A stretch of DNA of 64,000 bases from Vicinamibacterales bacterium (GCA_965246995.1 OZ252008.1:947986-1011985), one strand, 5' to 3'; shown: positions 48,189 to 57,438, counted from the first letter of the stretch. Numbers and translations are program-made. Notes: generated from the letters alone by a model not told the origin.

Positions 48189-49732
48189 TGGGTATGGCCG
48201 TGGGCAGGGACCTGGGGTGAGAGAGCCGCGAGGCGGATCAGCGGCGCGCCGTGGATGACGATACGTTCTCCTAGAGCGACATCTCCCGTCACCTGCACGG
48301 CGTCCCCCTCCCGGTTGCCGAGCGTGACCGGGCGGCGTTCGAACGACTCGCCTCCCACTTGCACGAAGAGCACCGGCTGACCCGCATCATCGACGATGGC
48401 GCTTTCCGGCACCGTGATCGTCTCCATCCCTTCCGACAGGAACAGGCGCAGCGTTACCGCCTGGCCAATCACGATCCGGCGATCGGGGTCACGCAACTCG
48501 TACGTGATCGGAACGGTGCGGGCGCCGAGATCGAGAACGCGGCCCACGGCCACCAGCCGTTCGAGGGGCACTGGCGCGCCGAGACCCGGGACTTCGAGTT
48601 CAGCGCCGGTCAGGTCGCCGATCCGCGGAAGCGCAGCCTCCGGCACCGCGCCCACGACATGCACCCGATCCACGGCCACCAGTTCGAACAAACGTGCTGC
48701 CGCCTCGATGCTCGCCCCCGGTGTCGCTTCCGAGAACGCGACAACACCGCTGATCGGCGCACGCAGCACGAAGCGGATGTCATGCTCGCCGTCACCCTCA
48801 CCGGCCCGTGTCGCATCAAGTTGGGCGATATGCGCCTCGGCCGCGTGGAGGCGTACCTCGGCGATATCCTCGGCGACCCGGGCTTCAAGCTGCCGCCGCG
48901 CCGGCACCGCGCCAGCCGCCACCAGGCGATCGACGCGCGCCCGCTCGGCCCGGCTCAGCTCGAGTGCGCTTCGCGCCTCCGCCACGTCCAGTTCGAGCGC
49001 CGGCCGGTCCTCGCCATGACCGCTGTGTGGGATTACCTCGGCCAGCGTGTCGCCCCGCGTGACGAGCGAGCCGATGGGCAGTGGCGGCAGTTCCTCTGCC
49101 AGACGGCCCGTGACCGGCGTGGTCACGTCGGCGCGGCCGCCGGTACGCGGCGCAATCTCGGCCGCAATCGACAGACTGTCGGCGACCGGACGCACCGTGG
49201 CAGGCGCGGTGCCGAAGTCGAGCGCCCATTGCTGTTCCTTCAGGAAGGAGATCGATCCGTCATCTTCGGCCGCCGTGACGGCAGCGGATGCCGCATCGGG
49301 CGAGGCGTGCACGGTCACCGCCCCGAGGCGATGCCGGTCGGCGAGGCCGGGCGCATCGAGCAGGATTTCCAGCTCGTACGCGCCGGGAGAAGATGGCGTG
49401 ACGTCGATGCCGAAGATACCGGGGCGGCTGGGAGCGTCGGCGGTGTAAGTCTGATCCGCGGCGCCACGCAACAGCACAGTCGCGCGGCCCGACCGGATCG
49501 GTTCGAACGTCGCCAGATCGGTCAGATGGACCGCGAAGCGGCTTGTCTCTCCCGCCGCGAGGGCGGGGTACTCGACGAACAACTCGGTGCGGTCAGTCCA
49601 GCGAGTCTCGACGACCGACGGCCGGACATCCGGATCCACCACCGGCGCGGCCGCCGGCGCCATGTCGGATCCACCGGCGCAAGCGGCGGACACCAGGGCC
49701 ACGATCCCGGCAAACGCCCGCGTCATCGTCAT
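48185..49732 (-). CDS. czcB: RND efflux periplasmic adaptor (CzcB/CusB-like)
   Basis: 515 aa with a lipoprotein-like signal peptide. It has coiled-coil and beta-barrel MFP blocks and a His-rich tail PAHGHTH. Its TAG stop is the terminal CTAG of the element. Confidence 0.85.
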   Translation of the reverse strand: MTMTRAFAGIVALVSAACAGGSDMAPAAAPVVDPDVRPSVVETRWTDRTELFVEYPALAAGETSRFAVHLTDLATFEPIRSGRATVLLRGAADQTYTADAPSRPGIFGIDVTPSSPGAYELEILLDAPGLADRHRLGAVTVHASPDAASAAVTAAEDDGSISFLKEQQWALDFGTAPATVRPVADSLSIAAEIAPRTGGRADVTTPVTGRLAEELPPLPIGSLVTRGDTLAEVIPHSGHGEDRPALELDVAEARSALELSRAERARVDRLVAAGAVPARRQLEARVAEDIAEVRLHAAEAHIAQLDATRAGEGDGEHDIRFVLRAPISGVVAFSEATPGASIEAAARLFELVAVDRVHVVGAVPEAALPRIGDLTGAELEVPGLGAPVPLERLVAVGRVLDLGARTVPITYELRDPDRRIVIGQAVTLRLFLSEGMETITVPESAIVDDAGQPVLFVQVGGESFERRPVTLGNREGDAVQVTGDVALGERIVIHGAPLIRLAALSPQVPAHGHTH

Positions 49733-50988
49733 GGGACAGGATTCTCTCCGACTGCGCGATCCAGCTCGACCGTTGCGCGACGCGCCGCGGCGAGCAACTC
49801 CGTTTCGCGCAACGCAGCGCTAAGCGTGACGCGATGCGCGTCGAGCAACTCCAGGACTCCGTACTCCCCTTCTTCGTATGCCACCTGCGCGATCGACGCC
49901 AGTTCCGCCGCCGGTTCAACCGATGTCATCCGGTACTCGTCCGCCAGCGCAGCGTATCGGCGCGCCGCGGTGAGGGCAACACGCAACTGCTGTTCGATGC
50001 GGCCGCGCAAGACGTGGCGCTCCGCCTCGATGCGCGCGCGCGCCGCTTCTGCGCGCGCGGCCTGCAACTGGCCCCGGTTGAAGAGCGGGACGCCGACCGT
50101 CGCACTTACCGCGTAGCCGAGGTCGGTATCGATCAGCGCACTGCCGCTCCGCTTCAACCCAGCCGTCACCGCCGCGTCCGGCAGACGCAAGCGCTCGGCC
50201 GCACGCCGCTCGATCGCCCACTGCGCCTCGCGCGACACCAGCGCCCGATAGTCAGCCCGCTGTTCCAGGGCGCGCGACAACAATGTCTCCAGGCCATCGG
50301 CCACCGTGTCGGCTGCGAGGTCGTCGAGACCGCCGGCGGCCACCAGTCCGTCCGGATCGGACCCGGGCGCGAAGAACGCGACGAGACCGGCTTGGGCCGT
50401 CGCCTGCTGAATCCGGGCGATGGCCAGATCCGCTGCCTCCTCCGCCACCTCTCGCTCGGCCCGCTGCCGGTCGAAACGGGATCCTTCACCCTCCTGCTCA
50501 CGTGCCCGCAACAACTCGACCAGGCGCCGCAGCTCCGAAACACCCGCCTCGATCGCCGCCGTCCGCGCCTGCGCCAGCAACAGTTCCGTGAATGCCAGGC
50601 GGAGCGAAGTCTCGAACGCGAACAGATCGGCGTCGGCCCGCGCGCTTGCCGCCTCGGTCGCGCGGCGCGCCGCTTCCCCGAACAGTCCGGTCCGCCCGCG
50701 CAGCGGCAGCGGTTGCGTGACCAGCAGGAAGTCGTCCCGGTTCCCGGCAGCGTCTTCTCGCGTATAGCTGAGCGTCGGGTTGGCCGGGAGGCTCCGCTCG
50801 AGTGCGTCCGCTTCCGCCTCGCGGACGCCAAACCGGAGCGCCCGCACCGCCGGATGCTCCTGGCGCATGCGTGCGATGGCCTCCGCCTCGGTCAACCCCT
50901 GCGCGAACGCCGGCTCCCCCGTGCCAGCAGCCAGCACCAGTGCGCCGCCAATCGCAGTCGCCAGACCCACTCGTCGCCATTGCCTCAT
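49729..50988 (-). CDS. czcC: TolC-family outer-membrane efflux protein (CzcC-like)
   Basis: 419 aa with a signal peptide and two OEP repeats. It forms an ATGA-type 4-nt overlap with czcB. Confidence 0.85.
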   Translation of the reverse strand: MRQWRRVGLATAIGGALVLAAGTGEPAFAQGLTEAEAIARMRQEHPAVRALRFGVREAEADALERSLPANPTLSYTREDAAGNRDDFLLVTQPLPLRGRTGLFGEAARRATEAASARADADLFAFETSLRLAFTELLLAQARTAAIEAGVSELRRLVELLRAREQEGEGSRFDRQRAEREVAEEAADLAIARIQQATAQAGLVAFFAPGSDPDGLVAAGGLDDLAADTVADGLETLLSRALEQRADYRALVSREAQWAIERRAAERLRLPDAAVTAGLKRSGSALIDTDLGYAVSATVGVPLFNRGQLQAARAEAARARIEAERHVLRGRIEQQLRVALTAARRYAALADEYRMTSVEPAAELASIAQVAYEEGEYGVLELLDAHRVTLSAALRETELLAAARRATVELDRAVGENPVP

Positions 50989-51207
50989 CGTCGTGCTCCC
51001 CTGCCGCGATCACTTATCGATAGATCTTGCAACGATGATGCATAAGTCCGTCAATGGGAAGCGCGACGCCTTGCGGGTTGCGCCCGCGACGCGGGGCGAT
51101 CTAGAGTCCTCACCTGCGGGCCAGCCGTCCCGGGGCCGGCACGCAATGGTGGGATCGACGGCCGGACCCCGGGGCACGGCCGGTCCGGAGCCAACCCAGG
51201 AGAAGAC

Positions 51208-51633
51208 ATGGACAGCAAGGCAACGGCCGTCTGGCAGGGCGGACTCAAGGACGGTAACGGATCGATCACGGGCGGCAGCGGCGTACTGTCCGATACGGCG
51301 TACACCTTTGCGACGCGCTTCGAGGGTGCATCAGGCACGAACCCGGAAGAACTGATCGCGGCGGCACACGCCGGCTGCTTCTCGATGGCGCTCTCGGCGG
51401 TGTTGGGCGACGCCGGGCTGACGCCCGACCACGTCACCACCAGCGCCACCGTGACGCTCTCGGCGGTGGAGGGGGGCTTCGCCGTGACGAAGATCCACCT
51501 CGACTGCAACGCGAAGGTGCCGGGCGCTAGCCAGGAGGCGTTCGACGAGGCGGCGAACGGCGCGAAGACCGGCTGCCCGATCTCGAAGCTGATGAACGCC
51601 GAGATCACGTTGGACGCCTCCCTCGAGTCCTGA
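51208..51633 (+). CDS. osmC: OsmC-family peroxiredoxin
   Basis: 141 aa. OsmC blocks are TNPEELIAAAHAGCFSMAL and GCPISK. Confidence 0.9.
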   Translation: MDSKATAVWQGGLKDGNGSITGGSGVLSDTAYTFATRFEGASGTNPEELIAAAHAGCFSMALSAVLGDAGLTPDHVTTSATVTLSAVEGGFAVTKIHLDCNAKVPGASQEAFDEAANGAKTGCPISKLMNAEITLDASLES

Positions 51634-51635
51634 CC

Positions 51636-52046
51636 GTGGCACGCGCCGTGATGGCAACGGCCAGCGTCCTCGTGGCGCTAGCCGTCACTCCGGCGGCACA
51701 GACGGATCGCCCTTCCTTCTACGAGTGCGTCGAGGGGACGGAGGCGGAGGCGCCGCTCGTCGGCGTCTCGCTCTGCGATGCGGCGCCGACCGACGCGTTG
51801 ATGGCGCGCGCCGAAACGGACAACCTGCAGGTGCGTGACGGCGCCCTGGCGGTGGCGGCCGACCCGGCTGGGATTGCAGCGGCAGAGGGGCTGCAGCCGG
51901 GAGACGTCATCTACCGGGTGGGCGGCGTAGATATTGCCGGCGCGGAAGCGGCGGCCGAGCGACTGGCCGGGATTGTCGCCGAACGTGACACGGTGGTGAA
52001 CTTCCTGCGGGGCGGCCGGCCGTATCGGGTGAAGCTGCGGCGCTAG
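51636..52046 (+). CDS. secreted PDZ-domain protein
   Basis: 136 aa with a signal peptide. The PDZ-like segment is GLQPGDVIYRVGGVDIAG. Confidence 0.55.
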   Translation: MARAVMATASVLVALAVTPAAQTDRPSFYECVEGTEAEAPLVGVSLCDAAPTDALMARAETDNLQVRDGALAVAADPAGIAAAEGLQPGDVIYRVGGVDIAGAEAAAERLAGIVAERDTVVNFLRGGRPYRVKLRR

Positions 52047-52055
52047 ACTGGTGGC

Positions 52056-53432
52056 ATGCGAGAAGCGATGCCGGACCGGCGGCGGTTTCTGGTAACCGCA
52101 GGCGCGTTCCTGGGAGCGGCGCCGTTTCATGCGCTGGCATGCCGCGTCGCCGAGACCGGCGGCGCGCTGGCACCGAACGAATCGGTCGCTTCCGATGTCG
52201 GCTACGGGCCGCTCGGTCCGGTCGTTGACGGGACGACCGGCCTGCCACTGCTCCTTCTCCCGCCCGGCTTCCGCTACGTCACGTTTGGCTGGACCGGCGA
52301 CCCACTTGCGGACGGTCTCGCAACCCCCCCGGCGCATGACGGGATGGCCGCATTTCCGATCGCCAACGGCTTGGTCCGCCTCGTGCGCAACCATGAAATG
52401 CGAGAGGGTCTGCCTTTCGCATCCCGTCCCTTGTACGACCCGGGCGGGGGTGGCGGCACGACGACACTCGACTTCGATCCGTCCGCCGGCGCCCTGGTGA
52501 ACGCGCATGCCAGCCTGACCGGCACCGCGGTCAACTGCGCAGGTGGCCCGACGCCGTGGCAGTCGTGGCTCACCTGCGAGGAAACCGTGCTCGGTCCGGG
52601 GGAAGGCCCGGGCTACGAGTTACCCCACGGCTACATCTTCGAGGTGCCGGCGGACGGGGCCACCGCAGCATCCGCCGAGCCGTACCGTGCAATGGGACGC
52701 TTCGTCCACGAAGCAGTCGCGTTCGATCCGGCGACCGGCATCGCTTACGAGACGGAAGATCGGTCAGCGTCCGGGCTTTACCGCTTCCTTCCGGATCAGC
52801 CGGGCCAGCTCCAGGCGGGGGGACGTCTCGAGATGTTGGCGATCGACGGCGCCCCGGCGTACGACACCCGCACCGGTCAGACCGTCGGCGCGTGGCAGCC
52901 GGTCACCTGGTCGCCAATTGCCGATCCCGATCCCGAAGACATCGCGACCGACAGCGTCTACCGGCAGGGTCTCGCGGGCGGCGGCGCCACGTTCGCGCGA
53001 CTCGAGGGAATCTGGTACGGCGACGGCCGCATCTACATCGTCTCGACCACCGGCGGTGATCAGGAAGCGGGTCAGGTGTGGGAGTACGACCCCAGCGGCG
53101 AGCGGATCCGGCTCCTCTTCGAATCGCCCGGTGTCGAGGTGCTCGACATGCCCGACAACCTGACCGTCAGCCCACGCGGCGGTCTGGCACTTTGCGAGGA
53201 TGGGGAGACGGACGACCATGTCCGCGGCCTGACGCTCGACGGTGAGATCTTCCCGTTCGCGAAGAACAACGTGGTGCTCGACGGCGAGCGGAACGGGATC
53301 GCCGGCGACTTCCGGCACAGCGAGTTCGCCGGTGTGGTCTACAGCCCGGCCGGCGACTGGCTCTTCGTCAACGTGCAGACCCCCGGGATCACGTTCGCGA
53401 TTACCGGGCCCTGGGGCGACGGCCCCCTCTAG
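52056..53432 (+). CDS. PhoX/DUF839-family secreted protein (Tat signal)
   Basis: 458 aa with the twin-arginine motif DRRRFLVTAGAF. Blocks are DGMAAFP, VRNHE, GGGTTTL and NCAGGPTPW. Confidence 0.75.
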   Translation: MREAMPDRRRFLVTAGAFLGAAPFHALACRVAETGGALAPNESVASDVGYGPLGPVVDGTTGLPLLLLPPGFRYVTFGWTGDPLADGLATPPAHDGMAAFPIANGLVRLVRNHEMREGLPFASRPLYDPGGGGGTTTLDFDPSAGALVNAHASLTGTAVNCAGGPTPWQSWLTCEETVLGPGEGPGYELPHGYIFEVPADGATAASAEPYRAMGRFVHEAVAFDPATGIAYETEDRSASGLYRFLPDQPGQLQAGGRLEMLAIDGAPAYDTRTGQTVGAWQPVTWSPIADPDPEDIATDSVYRQGLAGGGATFARLEGIWYGDGRIYIVSTTGGDQEAGQVWEYDPSGERIRLLFESPGVEVLDMPDNLTVSPRGGLALCEDGETDDHVRGLTLDGEIFPFAKNNVVLDGERNGIAGDFRHSEFAGVVYSPAGDWLFVNVQTPGITFAITGPWGDGPL

Positions 53433-53475
53433 TTCCCGTCCGTGGCGCGCTGACGGAGGGCGGAACCCTCGCAGT

Positions 53476-54603
53476 ATGCTCGGTGGCGTGATCCGTCTCG
53501 TTACAGCACTACTCGTCGTCTGTCTGCTGCCTGTCGCGTCAGTAACCGGTCATCCCCTCAGCTTCACGGAGGTGACGCTGACGCTGCAGCCGGACGGAAC
53601 GTTCGCGGCGGAACTGATCTACGACCTGGACGCGCTGGCCCTCGGCGCACCGATCGGGACCGACGACGCGGAACTGGCGGCCGCACTCGCCAGCCTCCCG
53701 GCAGACGCATTCGAGCAGCGCGTCGACCGGCTGCGGCGGTTGTTCGAGCGGCGCGTCCGGGTTCGGTTCGATGGCGATCCCGCGCCGTTCGACGTGGCGT
53801 TCCCCGACTACGGCACACCCCGCGCCATCGAGTCGGAGATTCCCACGGTGCTCGGCCTGACGGCACGCCTGACCGGCCGCATCCCGCAAGGAGCAACCGA
53901 CGTCGGCTTCTTCGCATCGCGCGCGTTCGGCGAAGTGCATCTGACGGTGGTGGACAGCGCGCGCGACGTCGAAGTCCGCTCCATCCTCGAAGCGGGCGCG
54001 CGAAGCGATCCGCTGGACCTGACGGCGCCGGTCGAGCCGCCGACACGGGCCGAGGTGGCGGGACGCTATGGCCGGTTCGGCTTCATCCACATCGTGCCGG
54101 AGGGCGCCGACCACATCCTCTTTGTCCTCGGACTCTGCCTGTTGAGCCCGCGGCTGCGGCCGCTCGTCTGGCAGGTAACGGCATTCACCGCAGCGCACGC
54201 AGTAACGCTAACGCTCGCGACGTTCGATGTCGTGACCCTGTCGCCCCGCGTGGTGGAGCCGGTCATCGCGCTGTCGGTAGCTTACGTCGCGATCGAGAAC
54301 GTGTTGACCGATCGTCTGACCGGTTGGCGACCGGCCGTCGTGTTCGGCTTCGGGCTGCTGCACGGCCTCGGCTTCGCGGGCGTGCTCGGCGAGCTGGGGC
54401 TCCCGGAGGAAGAACGGCTGCTGGCGCTGCTGTCCTTCAACGCGGGAATCGAAGCGGGACAGCTCGTCGTGATCGGCGCGGCGGCACTCGCCGTCGGATG
54501 GTGGCGGACGAGAGCGTGGTACCGGCGGCGGGTGACGGTGCCGGCGTCGGCGGCGATCGCGGTAGTCGGAATTGTCTGGGCCGTCGAGCGCGCGCTCGGT
54601 TGA
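53476..54603 (+). CDS. HupE/UreJ-family membrane protein with ~190-aa N-terminal periplasmic extension
   Basis: ORF 53242..54603 trimmed to ATG 53476 (signal peptide MLGGVIRLVTALLVVCLLPVA). The C-terminal HupE core is HIVPEGADHILFVLGL...FTAAHAVTL...FGLLHGLGFAG...NAGIEAGQL. Confidence 0.75.
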   Translation: MLGGVIRLVTALLVVCLLPVASVTGHPLSFTEVTLTLQPDGTFAAELIYDLDALALGAPIGTDDAELAAALASLPADAFEQRVDRLRRLFERRVRVRFDGDPAPFDVAFPDYGTPRAIESEIPTVLGLTARLTGRIPQGATDVGFFASRAFGEVHLTVVDSARDVEVRSILEAGARSDPLDLTAPVEPPTRAEVAGRYGRFGFIHIVPEGADHILFVLGLCLLSPRLRPLVWQVTAFTAAHAVTLTLATFDVVTLSPRVVEPVIALSVAYVAIENVLTDRLTGWRPAVVFGFGLLHGLGFAGVLGELGLPEEERLLALLSFNAGIEAGQLVVIGAAALAVGWWRTRAWYRRRVTVPASAAIAVVGIVWAVERALG

Positions 54604-54613
54604 GCGCGACGGG

Positions 54614-54934
54614 TCAGGCGGAGGGTTCGCTCTCGGTGCGACGCGCGATCAGGCGGCCGACCGTCTTCAGCTTGCTCCAGAAGAAATCGAACTGGCCGAG
54701 CAGCGTGCCGTACCCCAGCAGCAATAATTGATAGATCGGCAGCATTATCACCAGGTAGATGAGCCAGCCGAGCCAGCCGGGCGCATCCGCCGGGAGCAGC
54801 CATGCCATCACCGGCCCCTTCAGTCGAACCGTCGTAAGGCCGGCCAGCGAGAACGCGGTCAGAATGGCGACGATGCCGATGGGGCCGACACCCCAGCGGG
54901 GCTTCATCCATTGAACCAGTCCGGGTCGCGTCAT
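54614..54934 (-). CDS. small membrane protein (DUF6787-like, from memory)
   Basis: About 106 aa with 3 TM segments. The tail is LPIYQLLLLGYGTLLGQFDFFWSKLK. The start is ATG 54934 (TTG 54937 is possible). Confidence 0.6.
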   Translation of the reverse strand: MTRPGLVQWMKPRWGVGPIGIVAILTAFSLAGLTTVRLKGPVMAWLLPADAPGWLGWLIYLVIMLPIYQLLLLGYGTLLGQFDFFWSKLKTVGRLIARRTESEPSA

Positions 54935-55128
54935 CAATCTACCGTTACGAAGCGTTCGAGGCCGGCCACTTCATCCTCGTCCACGTACTTGCCGATCTCG
55001 CGGCGGAACTGCGCTCCGGAAAAGCAACCGCAACGCGTCGCGGCGGATGGTATCAGACCGCCCTGACGTCAGCACCCGGATATGTGCGTAGCGTCGCAGA
55101 CCGGGTACTGTGCGCTATCTGGATCCAC
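54934..55128 (-). other. candidate 64-codon Cys-rich ORF interrupted by one in-frame TGA
   Basis: It runs from GTG 55128 to TGA 54936-54934. The translation is MDPDSAQYPVCDATHISGC-TGA-RQGGLIPSAATRCGCFSGAQFRREIGKYVDEDEVAGLERFVTVD. The terminal TGA overlaps the ATG of the next gene (TGATG). It is invisible to a 60-aa ORF filter. Confidence 0.3.
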
Positions 55129-55215
55129 GTCCGGCAGGCGGAAGAAGCGGCAGGCTGCGTGCTAGAATTCCCGCTTGGCGCTTGCCGCGAACTCCAATCG
55201 AGTGAGGTATTGGCA

Positions 55216-57438
55216 ATGATCAGGGTGACTTTTTCCGGGCCGGTCCGCTCTACCGTTCTGGCGTCGTGCCTCGTCGTAGCGGGACTCCTCCTGCCGGCGG
55301 CTGGCGCGGAGGCGCAGGACTGGCCCAGTTGGCGTGGTCGGGCGCAGACCGGCGTCTCCGATCTGACCGGATTGCCGTCGAGCTGGTCACTGGAGGGCGA
55401 GAACTTCGTCTGGTTCCAGCCCTACATCGCGCGGTCGACGCCGGCCGTTTTTGACGGTCGAGTCTGCGCAAATGGCCGGACCGGTGACAATGTCGCGAAG
55501 AAGGAGATCGTCACCTGCTGGGATGCCGAAGGTGGCACGCAGCTCTGGCAGCACACCTTCAACGTTCTGAACACCACCGTCCCGTTCAACCGGGTCGGCT
55601 GGGGGAGCGTGACCGGCGATCCGGAGACCGGCTATCTCTACGCGTTAAACGTGGACGGGCACCTGCACGCCTTCGACCGTGACGGCGAAATCGTCTGGAG
55701 TCGGCGGCTGCACGAAGACCTGGGCCGAGCCTCCGGGTACGGCGGACGCACGTCGACCCCGATCATCGATGAGGACCGGCTGATTCTCGGCGTAATCGGC
55801 TCGATCTGGGGCAATCTTGGCGGGCCGCCCCGCCATCGCTACGTCGCTTTCAACAAGGCGAACGGCAACATCGAATGGATCGCAACGCCGGGCGGCCAGC
55901 CGGCGGACCTCAACACCCAGTCGGTGCCGATCGTCGCCGTGGTGAACGGCCAGCGGCTGATCATCGACGGCAACGCCGACGGCCACATCTACGCGCTGCA
56001 GGCCCGGACTGGCAGGAAAGTCTGGGAGTTCCGCCTGAGCCAGCGCGGCATCAACGTCTCCCCGGTGATCGACGGCACCACCGTCTACGTCGCCCACAGC
56101 GAAGAGAACATCGATCAGGGCACGATGGGGCGCCTCGTCGCACTGGATGCCACTCGCGAAGGCGACATCACGGAAACGGGTGAAGTCTGGCGGATAGACG
56201 AAATGGCGGTCGGCTTCTCGTCGCCGCTGATCCATGACGGTCGCCTCTACGTGATCGACAACTCGGCCAACCTCTATGCGATCGACGCGTCGAACGGGTC
56301 GGTGCTGTGGGAGGAGAGCGTCGGCACGGTCGGCAAGTCGTCGCCCGTCTGGGCCGACGGCAAGCTGTACATCACCGAGGTCAACGGCAACGTCCACATC
56401 CTGCAACCGGGGGCTGACGGCGTGGAGTTCCTCGACAGCGACGAACTGGAGGTCGAAGACGGCCGCTACGCCGAGATATACGGCTCGTTCGCTCCGGCCT
56501 ACGGGCGGCTCTACGTGACGGCGGAATCGGGGGTTTACTCCATCGGCGATCCCGCCGCGCCGTTCGACGCTACGCCCGGCGAAACGCCGGCGCTCGGCAA
56601 CGAATCGGCGGCCGCCGATACGGTGGCGAGCATACAGGTGCATCCCGCCGAGGTCGTCGCCTCGGCCGGCGAGACGCTCCGCTTCCGCGTCGAGGCGTTC
56701 GACGCGAACGGACAGTCGCTCGGCGCCCGGGACGCTACCTGGTCGCTCGAGGACCTGGCCGGGTCGCGCCTGCGCGTCAACGGAGAGTTCCAATCCCCGC
56801 CCGACTCGACCAATCAGGCAGGCCGGGTGATCGCCAGGGTCGGAAACGTCTCGGCCGCGGCCCGCGTCCGCATCTTTACGCAACTTCCCTGGGCGGAGAA
56901 CTTCGAGAACGGACGGCCGGGCCATTGGATCGGCGGCGGCGGCAGCCTGGCCGCGGTGGACGAGGGGGGCGAGCAGCTCTTCCGCAAGGGTCCATCGCGG
57001 ACCGGCATCCACCGGCACGCCATCTACATCGGTCCGTCCCACCTGTCCAACTACACCGTGCAAGCCGACGCGATGTCGACGCAGAAGGGGCGGCGACGAC
57101 CCGACATCGGCCTGATCAACAGCGGCTACACGATGGACCTGCAGGGCAACCACCAGCGGATCGAGGTCCGCTCGTGGGCGGCGGAACTGCGAATGGCGGA
57201 GCGGTTCGACTTCGCCTGGGAGCCGGACGTCTGGTACACGTTGAAGCTGCGCGTCGACACCGATGAGAATCGCGCGCTGATCCGCGGGAAGGTTTGGCGG
57301 CGCGGCGATCCGGAGCCGGAGGTCTGGACGGTGACCGTGGAGGATCCCGAACCGGTTCAAGACGGCAGTCCCGGCCTGATCGGCTACTCGCCGATCGACA
57401 TCTACTATGACAATGTGCGCGTGATGGAGAACCAATGA
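55216..57438 (+). CDS. secreted PQQ-like beta-propeller repeat protein with C-terminal lectin/glucanase-like domain
   Basis: ORF 55084..57438 trimmed to ATG 55216 (signal peptide). It has the N-terminal DWPSWRG and repeated propeller blades (YALNVDGHLHAFD, IYALQARTGRKVWEF, LYAIDASNGSVLWE). A C-terminal domain of about 200 aa ends in YYDNVRV. Confidence 0.8.
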   Translation: MIRVTFSGPVRSTVLASCLVVAGLLLPAAGAEAQDWPSWRGRAQTGVSDLTGLPSSWSLEGENFVWFQPYIARSTPAVFDGRVCANGRTGDNVAKKEIVTCWDAEGGTQLWQHTFNVLNTTVPFNRVGWGSVTGDPETGYLYALNVDGHLHAFDRDGEIVWSRRLHEDLGRASGYGGRTSTPIIDEDRLILGVIGSIWGNLGGPPRHRYVAFNKANGNIEWIATPGGQPADLNTQSVPIVAVVNGQRLIIDGNADGHIYALQARTGRKVWEFRLSQRGINVSPVIDGTTVYVAHSEENIDQGTMGRLVALDATREGDITETGEVWRIDEMAVGFSSPLIHDGRLYVIDNSANLYAIDASNGSVLWEESVGTVGKSSPVWADGKLYITEVNGNVHILQPGADGVEFLDSDELEVEDGRYAEIYGSFAPAYGRLYVTAESGVYSIGDPAAPFDATPGETPALGNESAAADTVASIQVHPAEVVASAGETLRFRVEAFDANGQSLGARDATWSLEDLAGSRLRVNGEFQSPPDSTNQAGRVIARVGNVSAAARVRIFTQLPWAENFENGRPGHWIGGGGSLAAVDEGGEQLFRKGPSRTGIHRHAIYIGPSHLSNYTVQADAMSTQKGRRRPDIGLINSGYTMDLQGNHQRIEVRSWAAELRMAERFDFAWEPDVWYTLKLRVDTDENRALIRGKVWRRGDPEPEVWTVTVEDPEPVQDGSPGLIGYSPIDIYYDNVRVMENQ

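Noticed and set aside
47869-48258. Short ORFs across the 184-bp element (47869..48051, 48067..48258, 32072..32347 and 32226..32423) that share peptides such as RRSNVAGVSPRAP and MLLGLRQSAV.IWPICSLVAPCQ.
   Set aside because: The shared peptides come from reading a repeated noncoding element. The frames differ between strands and run into flanking unrelated sequence. There are no ribosome-binding sites.
53242-53475. A 78-codon N-terminal extension of the HupE-like ORF, overlapping the PhoX-like gene.
   Set aside because: The extension is Arg/Ser/Pro-rich and overlaps the end of a well-supported gene. A good signal peptide starts at ATG 53476.
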